A stretch of 64,000 nucleotides of DNA from NCBI RefSeq assembly GCF_009914755.1, contig NC_060930.1. One strand, 5' to 3'. This DNA is from the human T2T-CHM13v2.0 reference genome, Homo sapiens. Shown in pieces: positions 16,319 through 31,287 of the stretch. The notes beneath the pieces were generated by a model. The model worked only from the letters and a program-made list of their open reading frames with translations. It was not told where the DNA came from and did no database searches. How positions within the stretch are numbered: the stretch's first letter is position 1; every line of letters starts with the position of its first letter. Made by a program: the position numbers and the translations under genes.

Positions 16319-16671
16319 TGCATATTTTTTAAAATTTACCAAATGAAATAATCTGATTATCTGGAGATTCCCAAGAGTTCAATGAAGATGATGAAAGAAA
16401 CACTATGAAAACATAACCTGGGAGGAGCCTGACAACTGGCATCATTGTTCTATCTTCCTACTTATAAGTCTTTTTTTCCGAGTCCACATTGAAAATAGAC
16501 AGTATCTCTTCACTAGTGGGTAAAGTTACTAAGAACTGAGGATAAGCTAGAGATAACCTTCTGCCAAGTCAAGGCATAGCTGGAATTCATGCCATGATTT
16601 TCATCTACCACATTGAACAACTGATGCCTGCAGCCAGGCATTGGCCATAGTGGCTCCACCATTAGCAAAGA

Positions 16672-17124
16672 TCAGTGTTTAACGGTGATGGTTTTGATCT
16701 CAGTGAAGAAGTCGTAAGAGTCCTTGGCTCCCTCTCTACCTATTCCAGAACTCTTCATCCCCCCGAAAGGAAGGTTCAGCTCCCTGATGAGCCAGCAGTT
16801 GGTCCAGACCAAGCCAGACTGCAGCTTCTTAGCCACCCGGTGGACGCGCCCCACATTGCTGGACCACACGGTAGCCGCCAGCCCATACTTAACGTTGTTG
16901 GCTCTTTCAATCACCTCCTCTTCACTATCAAAGGGGACGACACACGTCACTGGACCAAATATCTCTTCCGTCATGCAGCAGGATTCATCCTTAATGTCTG
17001 TTATCACCGTGGGAAGCATAAAGTAGCCTGCCTGGTTCCTGGCAGGGAGGCTCAACTTATCCACTCCCTCACCGCACCAAATTTGGGCACCTTCAGCAAG
17101 AGCTCTCTTGACGTAACTTCTGAC
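16672..17124 (-). CDS. ALDH8A1: ALDH8A1 exon 7 coding part
   Basis: VRSYVKRALAEG...EEIFGPV...PFGGMKSSGIGREG...KTITVKH*; acceptor acgcag; 453 nt; all exons sum to 1464 nt. Confidence 0.97.
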   Translation of the reverse strand, partial: VRSYVKRALAEGAQIWCGEGVDKLSLPARNQAGYFMLPTVITDIKDESCCMTEEIFGPVTCVVPFDSEEEVIERANNVKYGLAATVWSSNVGRVHRVAKKLQSGLVWTNCWLIRELNLPFGGMKSSGIGREGAKDSYDFFTEIKTITVKH

Positions 17125-18174
17125 CTGCGTGGGTAAAAATCATAATTAGCAATGTCTTACCATGTGGCTTCACACAAATCAGCAGAAAATTCAATGTTTT
17201 CTAATCATCTCGGAAGGAGGGATAAGGTCATTCCTAAGAAATCTATGGTCGATTATCTTATCACTCAGCTGCTAAGCCAGAGGGCAGAGGCGCTCCAAGC
17301 ATCATTTGGGCAGTCACCTTTCATACATAAGGGAGGGAAGTAATTATTTAATGTCTAAGTGCCAGGAACTCAGATAAGTGCTTTTCATACACTCTCACTT
17401 GATTGTCTCAAAACATTATTAGCTATTGTTAATCTATTATTATCTTCTATTTGCTGATAGTATAATTGAGTGTAAAAAATATGAATGGTTCATAGAGCTA
17501 ATAAACAGTAAAGTTAGAATTCACACTCAGGTATATTCTGTAGTTAAATACATGAAAGAATATTTTCTCCCTTTTTGGGAGCTATGTCCATTGCAGAAAA
17601 TGGGAAGAGAAAGATGTGTAAGATTTAGTTAAAGGCCAGAATGCCCTTTAATAGATGAGCTTCCAGAACAAATCATTTCTAATTTCTAGTCTCATTACTG
17701 AATATACTCTGAAAATATATCTAGGTAATATATTTTAGCTAACTATAATGGGAAATAAATTATGTAGCTAGTTAACTCAGTGACTCAGAGATAATGACAG
17801 ATGTATATTAACAATGGTTGTAGAAATAGCTCATAATAATTATATATATATAAACATTGTTGAAGTCACAATTATATGTTTTTCTACCCCAAGAGGTATT
17901 ATAAGCAAAAGAGAAGTATAAAAGTAGTCCTAAAAATTAAAAATGTAGAACAGCAGTAAAGAAGTAAACCAAAGACAGGGTAAATTTTGCAATAATATTT
18001 TGGATTTTTACTTATCTATCGAGCATTCTGCCCCAGGATTACATTAGAACTCCATTGTAGAACTATATTCAGTGTAGAACTATATGTATATTCTCCATGT
18101 AAAATAGAGGTAATATTATTCTATTATTAAATTTGCTCCAAGTTTGTAGAATTAATAAGCCATGAAGTTAAAGA

Positions 18175-18455
18175 CTTTTTTTACAGACAATGTCTCACTC
18201 TGTCACCTGGGCTGCAATGCAGTGGCACCACCATGGCTTGCTGCAGCCTTGAAGACTCCTGGACTGAAGAGATCCTCCCACCTCAGCCTCTCGAGTAGCT
18301 GAGCCTATAAACACAAGTCATCACGTCTAATACATTTTGTTTAATTTCCTATAGAGATGGGGTCTTGCTATGTTGCCCAGGCTGGTCTTCAACTCCTGGT
18401 CTCAAGGGATCCGCCCAAAGTGCTGGGATTACAGGAATGAGCCACCACACCCAGC
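18175..18455 (-). mobile_element. AluJ (degenerate)
   Basis: Antisense Alu with a small deletion. Confidence 0.8.
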
Positions 18456-20630
18456 TCAAGACTTTTTTAAAAAATAGAGCATTTGGTACAGATTTATATT
18501 CCCTTCCATTAACTTCCACTCCCAACATCCATAGTGATCTCAAAGCTTTCCCAGAACATAACGCTATTCTAGTTTGTGGGTAGAAACTAAAATAAGTTTG
18601 TACCTCTCTTGATCCGTACCCTCTTTCTTTTTTTGAAAATAACTCATCCACACTAATTAAAAGGTTCCAAAGGTGAGTGTCCTGTGTGAATAGGGGAATG
18701 GAGGTGCAGCTGTCCAGAGGCCCTGCTGGGATGCAGTGGCTGAACTTCATCAATGATTCAGCACCCCACGAGGAGTACCTGGCTTTAGACCATTATGTCG
18801 AATGTGATCACATGATTTATCTCTCAGAAGCTCTTGGAATCATAAAAGGTAAAGGGAAGTGTCAGTCTTCAAACTGTGAACTTATCAAAACATTTAATAT
18901 ATAAGGTGACTCACACTAATTGAATTCATTTCCTAGAGAAAGTATGACTAGATAATATCTACCCCAGCAGCTTGGGAACAGAGATTTTCAATAAATTCTG
19001 GGGGGGAGAAAAAAAACCATGACTAGTAATATGCTATAAATACAAGAAATTATTATAAAATGTTTTCTTCAGGAGAGAGAATAGTTAGTACTCAGCAGCT
19101 TTAGACATAAAGTCAGAGTACAGGGGTTAGAAGAGTAACCCGAGAGCCAAGCTGTATTCAAATCCCAGTTCACCCATTTACTAGCTGAGGGCTTTTAGAT
19201 GTCCTGTGCCTCAGTTTCCTTATCTGAAACATAGAATTAACACAGTCACTAATTCATAGGGCTCTTGAGAGGATTAAATAAAATAATAAATACAAAAGAT
19301 TTAGCATGACGCCTAGTACATAATAAGCCTTTTTGACTGTCAGCCTCTGTTGTTATTGATGATGTTGGTGATGATGATGAAATGACTGACCCGACACTTA
19401 TTAGCTGAGAGACCTCAGAGATGCCCCTCATTCTGTAGGTCAGGTTTTTTATCTGACAAAAGGGGACAGGAAACTGCAACAGTGGGCCTTGGTTAGGTCT
19501 GAAGCCTGGCCCTAGCAGGGGATGCACCCATCAGCTTCTTCTGTGCTTCCTCCGGCCTCATTGTAAACCCTCCAGAATTCTCTCCATATAGTTGCCTGCA
19601 TCTTTGGGTAGGCAGCTACACAGCCAGATCCTCCAGAGTGTCAAGTAGGGAAGGACTCAGCAGGTAGAAAGAAAAACAAAAAGCAACCCTGCGAAAAGGC
19701 AAATGGAGACTTATCTTCAAGCCACAAGGATAGAATCCCCTGCAGGTTACTGAGCATCCCCATGGAGTCACTGAGACCCTGGGAAATCATACCTCCGTTT
19801 AGGAGCATGCTGTATCTCCATAAGTCCTTGAGCCCTTGGCCATTACAAAACAACTTTTACATATTCTAATTGGATTATTTCACCAAAGGCATCGCCACCT
19901 ATTGTGGCAATCATGCAGAGGTAGGGCGGACACGAAAACTCCAGACTCCACATGGCCAATTTGATTTGGAGAAGACAAAAACACACTGCAGGGGCAGAGA
20001 GTGCTGGAATGCAGATGGCAGCCCAGTCTTCCTGGGCACTCAGCCCCAAAGCTTTCTGGGGTAACATTAGGAAAGATGACTGTCAGCAGAGGGCATCCAC
20101 TGCCTCCTCCAGCCCAGATGGTTTGGCACACGGAACTGAAGAGTCACAATCTGAAGAGGCCATACTTAACATTTCTCTAGGCGTTTCTATTAGCTCTCTC
20201 CCAAAGGGCAGAGACAGCAGGGCTTTCTCGCTAGAACTGAGCTGAAAGCCTCATGAGGAGTCCAGCTGGCGGGAGGCTCACTCGGTGTAAAGCCATATCT
20301 CATTTCATCTGTGCACACGCTCAGAGTGGAGCAGTGAGGATGGCAGATGCTCAGTGATCCTCTAAGCCACAGGAACATGGGGTCAGCAGCCTGTTTCCCA
20401 GCAGAAGGTAGATCCTCCTGAGGCTTTATACAGAGGAGGCATTGTGGGCAGAGCTGAGAGGAGTTCTACTCTATGTGGGAGGGATCAGACAGAGAGGACA
20501 ACAAAACAAGGCAAGCCACATAGATAGCAGCGTTTTAGATGTGCTGTGGTTATGGAAATACCATCCTTATTGTTTTTGCCTTGAAAAACTTGGCTGCTGA
20601 TAAGTACCATTTTCAAGTTTTCAACAGTGA

Positions 20631-20945
<315 letters not shown>

Positions 20946-21287
20946 AACAGTGAATAACTTTTTAACCATGTCCAAAATCTTTCCCCTTTGAAGCAGTGGA
21001 ATTTTGGAGCTTTCTGAGATGAGTGCAAACTATTTAGCTATACTTAGTTTTAATAAGAATAGTTGCTGAAAAATTATTTTCTATAAGGATCAAGCAGAAA
21101 ATCAAAAGTAGTTGATTGAAAAGTCTTCAGTTGAGTTGATAGTAACGTGCTGGTTTGTTAGCATGAACAGATGTACCTTAGGACTGTAAGATGCCAACAA
21201 CAGGAAAAACTGGGTGAGTGGTTATAAAAACTCTCTGCCTTATCTTTGAAACATTCTATAAATCTTAAATTATTACAAAGTAGAAGG

Positions 21288-21585
21288 ATTATTTTATTTT
21301 TTGAGACAGCATCTCACTGTCGCCCAGGCTGGAATTCAGTGGCGTGATCTCAGCTCACTGCAACCTTGACCTCCTGGGGTTCAGGTGATCCTCCTGCCTC
21401 AGCCTCCTGAGTAGCTGGGACTACAGGCACGCACTACCACGCCTGGCTAAATTTTTTTGTATAATTTTTAGAGACAGGGTTTTGCCATGTTGCCCAGGCT
21501 GCTCTGGAACACCTGGGCTCAAGTGATCTTCCTGCCTCGGCCTCCCACAGTGCTAGGATTACAGGCATGAGCCACCGTGCCCAGC
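21288..21585 (-). mobile_element. AluJ
   Basis: Antisense Alu dimer. Confidence 0.85.
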
Positions 21586-22126
21586 GAAGGTTTATTAAAA
21601 AAAAAAGAAAGAAAAATTGACTGAGAGAGAAAGCATTCAATGGTAAAAATATCTAGGGGTTTTCAAAAGTTTTTTTTAAAAGATAAATTTGAGTTTATGG
21701 CCTTATATTTTAATGTGGTCAGAAAAATTTGATAACTGCTAAGATTCATCATTTCCAAAGTGATCCATGGCACCTAAGTATACTAAATTGAAATGATATT
21801 AAGATAATACAACTAACATGTGAAACAGATGCTTGGTTTTCAGGCATAATTTGGTTTAGTAGAAGATGGCATTTCTGGATTTAGATACGTCCAGGAGAAG
21901 CTGGCACCATGTCTAGGGCTTTGCCAATATTTCAAGTTTTAAAAATATTGAATATAATAAGTGGTTTAGATCTATTAGAAATCTTGGTTTTTGTCCACAG
22001 CTTCTGCAGCTGTGATGGTAGAAATAATGAGGAATGAGGACTAGTGGCCTTCTCATTTCTCCTTCCTTTAGGGGAAGATGGAGTTGGTAAAAACATGGTG
22101 TATGAGATGGGGTGACATAAGCACTA

Positions 22127-22930
22127 TGTTAAGGCAAATTTATTATTAGGAAGGTGCAAGGGAAAGGGACGAAAATTAGTTGTAAAAATATTAGGAGCCC
22201 TGACACGAGAATCTTCTTCCTGGGAGTCACTGTGGTCAAGCCTGGCAAAGTAGTCGAGGTCCCCTGATTCCCTGCATGCACAGCTTGGACCTGGCCAGGA
22301 CAAGGGGAGCCCGAGGGAAACCAAGCTCTCCCTGCATGTCTTAGTCCAGATTCAGATAAGAACTTGCTTGACAAAATCCAAATAGGGAGCTGGGCTGAGG
22401 CAGAAGGAGGGCCGGCCAGAGAGGGACACATCTTCAGAAACTCAGAGAAGGGTGTCCCTCCCACCTGTATGCCGGTGCTACCGGGACATGCACTTGCAAA
22501 CTGAGTCCTCTGCTACCATCTGCCATGGACAGAGTCCTCATACATACTTGCCTGATAACAAAAACTATCACAAGGGACTCTACAAACCACAACCTTGCAC
22601 AAAGGCCACCACAACCTTGCCCAAAAACTATTTCTACAAGGATGTTTATACAGTAACTGTCCACTCAACCTTGGACTGGTGCCTCCATTTAATAATAAAT
22701 CACCCTTATTATTGATCCTTGTAGCCAATAATAATTGTTTCAAAACAACATTCTGTCACCTTCCTCATTTTACCTTTAAAAACCCTCGTCTTCCTTTACC
22801 TCTCTGGCTATGCCCAGAATCCATCACAACACGCATATCCCAGTTCATAATCTTCTGGCATTCATTCCCAAATAAAGTCACTTTTATTTTCTTTAGAGAG
22901 TCCTTCTCTATGTTGTTATTTTAGATTGAA
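22127..22930 (+). mobile_element. ERV1-class solo LTR (family uncertain)
   Basis: tgttaagg... start, cctttaaaaaccc TATA-like, cccaaataaa polyA signal, degenerate ...ttgttattttagattga end. Confidence 0.55.
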
Positions 22931-23829
22931 AGATTCTAACCACAAACCTACTAAAGAAAAGGTAATCTAGGTCTTCTCTGTGGAGTCACTCACAGACAAC
23001 AATGTTCAGGGTAAATATTTTACTCTAGGGAAAAATATGGATATTTTATGCTGAAATATTCTGACACCTAAACTCACTAAATTCTGTGTTTATTTTATGG
23101 GTGATGAAAACTACTAGGAATCACCAAAACACAAAACTAAAGTTTGAGAATTTGGAAGGCATTCCAAATGTGAATGATGTCTTTAACTAAAATGTAGTAT
23201 AATAGAAATATCTTGGTACCTTTTTAATAAGTTGATTCTTGAGAAACACAAGAACAGTGGAGAAATATGAACCTGCAGAAATTTTTTCACTTGTATATTT
23301 GTAGTAATGCTGTAGAAATCTGAAATTATTTTTGATAATAATCTAGATGTAATTTTTTAGATTCCTAAATTGGCATTTAAAAAGTTAGATTTGTATACTA
23401 TTGAGGTATTAAAGATCCATATTTAACCAAGTGTTTTCAGAAAACTAGATACCAAAACTACTTGTGACGTAAGCTGGAATCACCAATACTTGTACCAATG
23501 ATGAAGAGTTAAAGAGGAATTTCAAGCCAAACCTCAAAGGCATGTATGTGTCTATATGGCCCCTTTATCGTTGTCATGATTTAATGATCGGTGATACTAG
23601 AGGCTCCAGGCTCGGATGGTTTCAAGCGTTTTCTTGGAGAAAGGCTGGGTTTTAGTTTTTGTGTTTATTTTGTTTTTCCTTTCGGAGTCTTGATGCTGGC
23701 CAGCGACGGCCAGGACCTGTGCATTTTGGACCCATTCCAGGTAGTTTAAGCTAAGGATCAAAAAGAATTCAAGGAAAATGGATACCTTAAATTTGGAGGA
23801 TATATTGTAACTGGAACACATCATGTGGT

Positions 23830-24340
23830 GTTAATTCAGTCATTCACCCAACAAATACTATGCACCTACTATGTTCCAGGAGCTTTCTAGAGTCTAAAGA
23901 TACAGCAATGAATAAAACTGACCAAGAAGCTGACATTCTAGTCCAGGGAAGATAGTCAGTAAAGGGATAAGATACATATATTGCATGTCAGATGACAGTA
24001 AGAACCGTGGAGAAAAATAAAGCTCCAAAGAAGTCAAAGTTTTAAAAGGTACCACTGTATATAGGGTAGGCAGGAAAGCCCTCATTCAGGTGACATCTAC
24101 TCTCAGAAGGGGAAGGAGAGAGCCATGCGTGCATCTGAAGGAAGAGCATTCCAGGCAGCGTGAGCAACAAGAGCAAGGGCCAAGAAGGAGGAGGGTGCCT
24201 GGTATTTTCCAGGAAGAACAGGGAGGCCAGTATGCAGGAGTGGAATGAGGAAAGGGAAGGTCAAAGAGGTAATGGAACAGATCGTAGCCAGTTTCTTAGG
24301 TTATTCTAAAGACTTAGGCATGGACTGTGAGTAACATGGG
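23830..24340 (-). mobile_element. L2 3' fragment
   Basis: cattcacccaacaaata..cacctactatgttccagg..gaagagcattccaggcag motifs. Confidence 0.75.
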
Positions 24341-24417
24341 GTATGACCATACACAGCATGACACATCATCACCAGTGATGAAATAATTATGATATTAGAG
24401 CAAGGTTTAAAAGGTAA

Positions 24418-24757
<340 letters not shown>

Positions 24758-24770
24758 AGGACCCTTCTTA

Positions 24771-25173
<403 letters not shown>

Positions 25174-27308
25174 CTAATGGGCACCCTTAAGCTCAAATGC
25201 TTGTCTTGATTACCGTTCTCCACTGAAAGGAACCAAGGCTCAGTAGAGAGAGGTCTTCTTGTCCATGTGCAGCAGAGCAATTGAGACCACCTGAGGCTAC
25301 CTGTTGTCAGAGGACAGAGATGCCTATAGGTGGGCCTCCAGTGGGCTCAGAAGGACAGGAGAGCAGGTTAAAGAGAGGGCCCCTGGAGTAGTTTTAAAGG
25401 TGAGGGCATGTTGCCTATGTAGTGTTGCATTTCATGAACACATAGAATCTGCAATCTATGCCAATTACTAGAACTCATTAGCGTCTTGTATAAGTCATCA
25501 CAATATTAAATATTTAATTCTCCAACAGTGGCCCATTTCAGTTTAGTACATGTTAAAAAAGAAAGAAGAAGAAGAAGAAGAAGAAGCCTCCTGTGGCCAA
25601 GCAGGAACATACTGGGCATCAAAAATATTGTATGAAAGTCCACAGGAATTACAACACATTGAAGACAAATATTTAGAGTATCACAGAGAAAAGCCATAGC
25701 TACCAATATGAGTCAAAGTGTGGCATCAATTTCTCTCTCCCTTTCTCTCTCTTACACACACACGCGTGCATGCACACACACACACACAGAGAGAGATCAT
25801 TCAACTGATACAGAAAAGTCAATACTTTTATTTGTTTCACTAATATATATTCTCTCACTGGGTAACTAAAATAGTTATTATGGCAGCGACTAAAATAGAA
25901 AAAAAATGGTGTATCTGTTGAGTTGATACAGAAAGAACTTTGAAATTCTGAGTGAGTGAATTGCACAGGGAACCTCACACTGAAGTACTGCCTGAGCCTG
26001 CTGAAAGGTACTCTAGGAGGTTAACTTTTGTTCCACTCCTTCCTGTTTCCCAGGAAGCAGTCTGGGGCATACTAACATTGTTTTTCACCAGACATTTGCA
26101 GGTGTGGGCAGGCAGGCAGGGAGCCCTAGTGTCCAAAAGAGCCAGAAGGAGAGAGAACAAGGGAGTCTCTTGCATCTGGAAAATCTTCACTCCATGAAGG
26201 ACCATCCACAACTGTTGGTCTCCCTGGACATTCTGGAGACCACTGCCTATGTACCTGCAATCTTGTAGGTAAATTTAGCTGGAGAAAAACAAGCCATGCT
26301 GGTCATCCTCACTTTAAATAAATGACCACAAGCCTCAAGTGAGCCCTTTGAGCTGCTCTGCTAATAACTTGGTCATTTCCCAGTCCTTTCTCTCTCCTGA
26401 CCTACCGCGAGATTATTTCATACCCTCTCCTCCCTCCTGAAACCTTCAACACCTTTTCCCCTCCTCACCCTGACACCTATTTCACTGAGAAAACAGAAGA
26501 AATAAGGACAGGCCTTCAAGCTACTTCATCTTTCCATCTGCAGGCAACTGTGTTGCAGTGTCCTGAAAGTCAAAGTTAAATATAGACAAAGTGGGAGTGC
26601 ACTGTGCAGTGTCACGGATTTCTACAAACTTACGTAAATGCTCTGTCTCTCATTGGCTGGCTGATGGGGACAAGTTTCCCTCAGTGGCACTGAGCTGAAA
26701 GCAGAGTCCTTCTGACTCCAAAATGTATGACTTATTTTGGGAGTCACATGTGGTAATAAATTAAAATAACCCTAAATTGCCATCAAGGGCCAGATCTTCT
26801 CTTTTTGAAAAATGACCCTAAAGACCTGAGTTTCATCAATCATTCAGAGACTATCAGTGGTTTCTTCCAGATGGGCTACCCCTGGTCCCCCACTGACTAA
26901 GGACGACACAATTGGGACTGTTTGTGTTGGCACTTCTGGCTATAAACCAGAGGCAGGCCTTTTCCAAAGAGAATGTTTGCCTGTGGAAATCACTGGCATT
27001 CTTCCATATCACCCTTATTTGCTGATCTTTATGTTTTGAAATTTGGCTTCCCCTCTCTACTGGTGGTATCTCCATGCTGACTTCTCAAGTTCATTAATTT
27101 CATGTGGATGCACTTTCACCGGGACTGCATTTGCATATTCATATCCACAATGTTTAGACTCTGTGTCCACAATTTCTCCCAGGTTATAATTTTTCAAAAA
27201 TGGGGTAGTAACTAACAATATTTCAGAGTCTGATTGTGCTATGCCTGTACTGAGCTTCTCTTCAAATAAGAACTTATTCTGTAACTTACATGGCAGAAAT
27301 TTACTTAC

Positions 27309-27470
27309 TTTCTCCAAATGTGCTTTACTTATCAGAGCACCTATGCTCACCAGTGGATCAGAGGGAATGCCGACTTTCCACTTTCTGGTAGCTTCTACAA
27401 ATCTCTTTAAAAATTCACTATAGATGCTCTTCTGGACAAAGATCCTGCTGGTACAGAGACAGATTTCACC
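27309..27470 (-). CDS. ALDH8A1: ALDH8A1 exon 6
   Basis: GEICLCTSRIFVQ...KAHLEK; catalytic Cys287; acceptor cttggcag, donor AAA|gtaagt; 162 nt, phase 0/0. Confidence 0.97.
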
Positions 27471-27529
27471 CTGCCAAGAATGAGAACAGGGATAAGGCTG
27501 CGGACACTCTCCTTCATGGATAGAGCACC

Positions 27530-28600
27530 CTGCACTTTTGAGTACCTGCCATGTATCAGGCACTGGTCTAGGCAATGGGGTACAATGGTAAATAAGACAA
27601 AGTTCCCACCATGTGGAACACATAGTCTTGTGGGAAAGACAAATAAAAACACAAGTAAATAAACTCGATAAATAATATAACTTCAGGTTGTGATCAAAGC
27701 CATAAAATAAAATTAAGCAGAGGATGGGAATGGCAACTGATTGCATGGGGAGGGGAGCTATTTTATGAAAGGGAGTCTTGGAGGGCACTTGCAAAGAGGG
27801 GATATTTGCATGGAATCTTGACTGATGTGAAGGCATGAGACGGGAAAAGATCTGGAGGTGGGGAATTAATTCTTCAAAGTACAGAGGACCTGCAGCAGGA
27901 ATGAACTGGTGTGCATGAGGAAAAGCAAGAAGGTGGGTGGGGCTGAGGCTGGAAGAGGAGGCAAGGACAGGAGGTGTGTGGTAAGAGAGGAGGTCAGGAG
28001 GCCAGCAAGGCTCTATCGTGCAGTCTCATAGGTTCATAAAGAGATTACGTTTTATTCTCAGTATCATGAAAAAATAAGGGAAGGTTTTAAGCATCAGAAC
28101 GATATGATCAGATTTACATTTTAAAATGCCCATTCTGGCAGCCATGGGAAAATAGGATGGAAGGAAACAAGTGTGGGAAGAGAGCAGAGGAGTTAAGAGA
28201 ATATTCCAGAAGTCCAGATGCGTGTAGGTAGCTGGGACCAGGGAGGCATCCATGGAGATGCAGAGGAGTGAAAAGGACCCACTGAGTTCAACAGATTCTT
28301 CCAGGGGCACGGGACCTCCGAAGTGTGATGAAGTTGGCACAGATGCACTGGAGAAGTGATGAGATTCAGGATATACCTTAAAGACAGAACCAACAGGACC
28401 TGTCGATGGAAAGAGAGGGCAAGAACAAGAGTAGGCCGCAGAGTGGATGGTGGTGTTGTTCCCTGGAAGGGCAGACACGAGGTGGAAAGAGGATTGGTAT
28501 TGCAAGGAAGGGAGAGGGAGGGAAACGAGAGCTCTGATTTGGACACGCTGGGTTTCAGATGCCTCACAGACATCAAATAGAGATACTGAGTGTACAGGGG
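27530..28600 (-). mobile_element. L2 fragment
   Basis: ttgagtacctgccatgtatcaggcact..., gaaggttttaagca..gatatgatcagatttacatttt. Confidence 0.75.
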
Positions 28601-29504
28601 AGGGGTTATAACAGATTTCTCAGTGAAAAATAACCCTATCATTTGAACATAGCATGTAACAGTTTAGACTTAGAGTTGGCATGTAACCACATTCTAGACT
28701 TTCAAAGCATTATTTATGCATGAAAAGTACAGAAATGCATAAATATTTTCACCATGTTTGTGTCTGACTTCACAACAATCTTAGAAAATAGAAGGTTCCT
28801 GATTGTCTTGGTATTTGTACAAAGGTACATTGTCCAGATTAAACTGTTAATGTTTTGAAATAACACATTCTTTTTGCAACCAGGATCGCTGTTAGGATCA
28901 TCTCCATATCTAGCTTGGGAAATGTCTAAACACTTGATAGTTTCATTTGCGCAAGCGCCCTGTGACATCAGGGAAGGAGAGCATGACGAAGAGGCTAGAG
29001 GGGTTTACCCAGTTCCCTGTTGCTCTGTGCCTAGAAAGCGTAGGTAAGCATACCAAGATGCCCACAAGAAAGACTTTGGAGAGATTAAGAAAAGGACAGT
29101 ATCATTCGTTGAGTGCCTATCGTCAAGCCAGACACTGCGCAGGGTGCTTTCCTCATTATAAATAATTCTGTAGCCTGTTAGCTTTTCCAGTTTACAGGTA
29201 GGAGAAAAAGTTTTGAATTAGTACATGTCCAGGGTCACACAGAGATGCTTCAAAAAAGCCAATTACATTCAATTAAGGAAGAAATATGCACGACACGGAA
29301 TTCATCGCTCAGCTAAATCAAGCTGCTTTATTTATTTTGCCTAAAATCCATTTGTGACCTTGGATTAGCCAATTAGTTAGGCGTATGTCTCTTTCCCTAT
29401 TTCCTTTTTAAAACAACCCCAAAAGGAAGGTTCTCTGGGCAAACTCAAATCGTAGCACAATTCTGGTAGGAGAGAAGATTACACTTCTTATCTCCATGTT
29501 CAGA

Positions 29505-29820
<316 letters not shown>

Positions 29821-31030
29821 CCTCAGAATTTGTTTAATACAGAGTTTACCTTTCTCTCATCTTAGTTTCTCAGTCCACAAAATTTGTCCCTCTGTTGTTG
29901 TCTGTAAGCCATGAAAACACTTGGTTTAAATGTTCACCTGAAACTTGCTTAATGATTAAATTAGTTGTATTGTAAAAGTATATTGTCTATTGATCCAGAA
30001 ATTATATTTCTAGCCACTTCAAGAGTTACAGTGAGAGAAATAATTACACTTATGATTATCATGAAGATAATAATTGAAAGTAACATTTTTCACTCTATAC
30101 TCATGAAAACCCTGTTAGAAGACATCATTATTGTTCACATGATTTTATTAGTGAAGCAATGCAGGTTCAAAAGTTTATGCACTATTCAATGTTACCTGAG
30201 TTAGCTCAATATAGACATCTCTCATTTCACTGCTGTTTCCTTCTATGAAGTTCTAAGTCTTTGGCCTATGTTTTTACTCTCTGTTAAAATAAAAATATCC
30301 TTTGAAGAAAATCATCCAGGGTTTATGTACACCTGCTATATCCTGGGCAGTATTCTAAGCATTGACATTGAAAATACCACACAAAAGCAGGCAGCGTTTC
30401 CATCTTCTTGCAGCCTACTGTTTAGTTGATCTGGTGTAGTGTTCTTAACTCTTTGGAATGCCATAGCCTTAAAGAATCTGACAAAAACTACAGAGCACAG
30501 AGAAACATCTGTTATGTAATTTCAGGAGCTACAACGATGCCCTGAAGCTGATCCATGAATCCACGCCGAGAAATCTTCTCTAGTCAGTTTCAGGTATTTG
30601 GAACTCAGTGGATGAACGCATTTTGAATACTTTTGAAATGAGAGTAAGGTTTACTGGGAATAGGACATTTGAACCACAAGCAAAGACAGGGTTTAAGAAA
30701 AGAATAAAAGACAAGACAGAGCAGCTGTGTGAATAAAGAAATGGAGATGCTTGGAGCAGCAACATCAATCATTCCACCCATGGCTGGTACCTGATAAAAG
30801 CTGTGCAACTCAAGAAGAGGAGTTTGCTGAACAGAAGCTGTGACTCTGCAAGGCCACTAATTAATGTTAAAATTGAGCAGAGAGTTAAGGGAATCACACA
30901 ATGTACTGATCCTGCTTTCTCGGAAATGGCACTGGATTGACTGGCTTGCTCCCAGGCATTGCACTGTGATAAAACAGATCCAGCTTGACAGGGCCATGGA
31001 GGGGAGGGAGAAGAACCCCCGGGGACATAC

Positions 31031-31287
31031 CTGGTTGGCAAAGCTGGACCTGACGGTTGCCGGAATGCACTCATCCAGGTTGGCGTCCTCAAAGATGATG
31101 GCAGGATTCTTGCCCCCCAGCTCCAGGGAGAGCTTTTTGCAGTGGGGAGCGCTCAGCTGGGTGATCCGCTCAGCGGTGGGCTGGCTCCCGGTGAAGGAGA
31201 TCAGGGGCACCTCTGGGTGGGACACCAGGGCCTCACCCACCCTGGGCCCGGTTCCAAACACAATATTGACCACACCTGGTGGAACAC
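31031..31287 (-). CDS. ALDH8A1: ALDH8A1 exon 5
   Basis: GVPPGVVNIVFGTG...FTGS...LELGGKNP...FANQ; NAD-binding FTGS and general base Glu253; acceptor tatccag, donor gtatg; 257 nt. Confidence 0.97.

Noticed and set aside
16675-17136. 153-aa plus-strand ORF
   Set aside because: Antisense shadow of ALDH8A1 exon 7.
27057-27836. 259-aa ORF, the longest in the window
   Set aside because: Exon 6 frame extended into intron and L2 sequence; only 27309-27470 is ALDH-like and bounded by splice sites.
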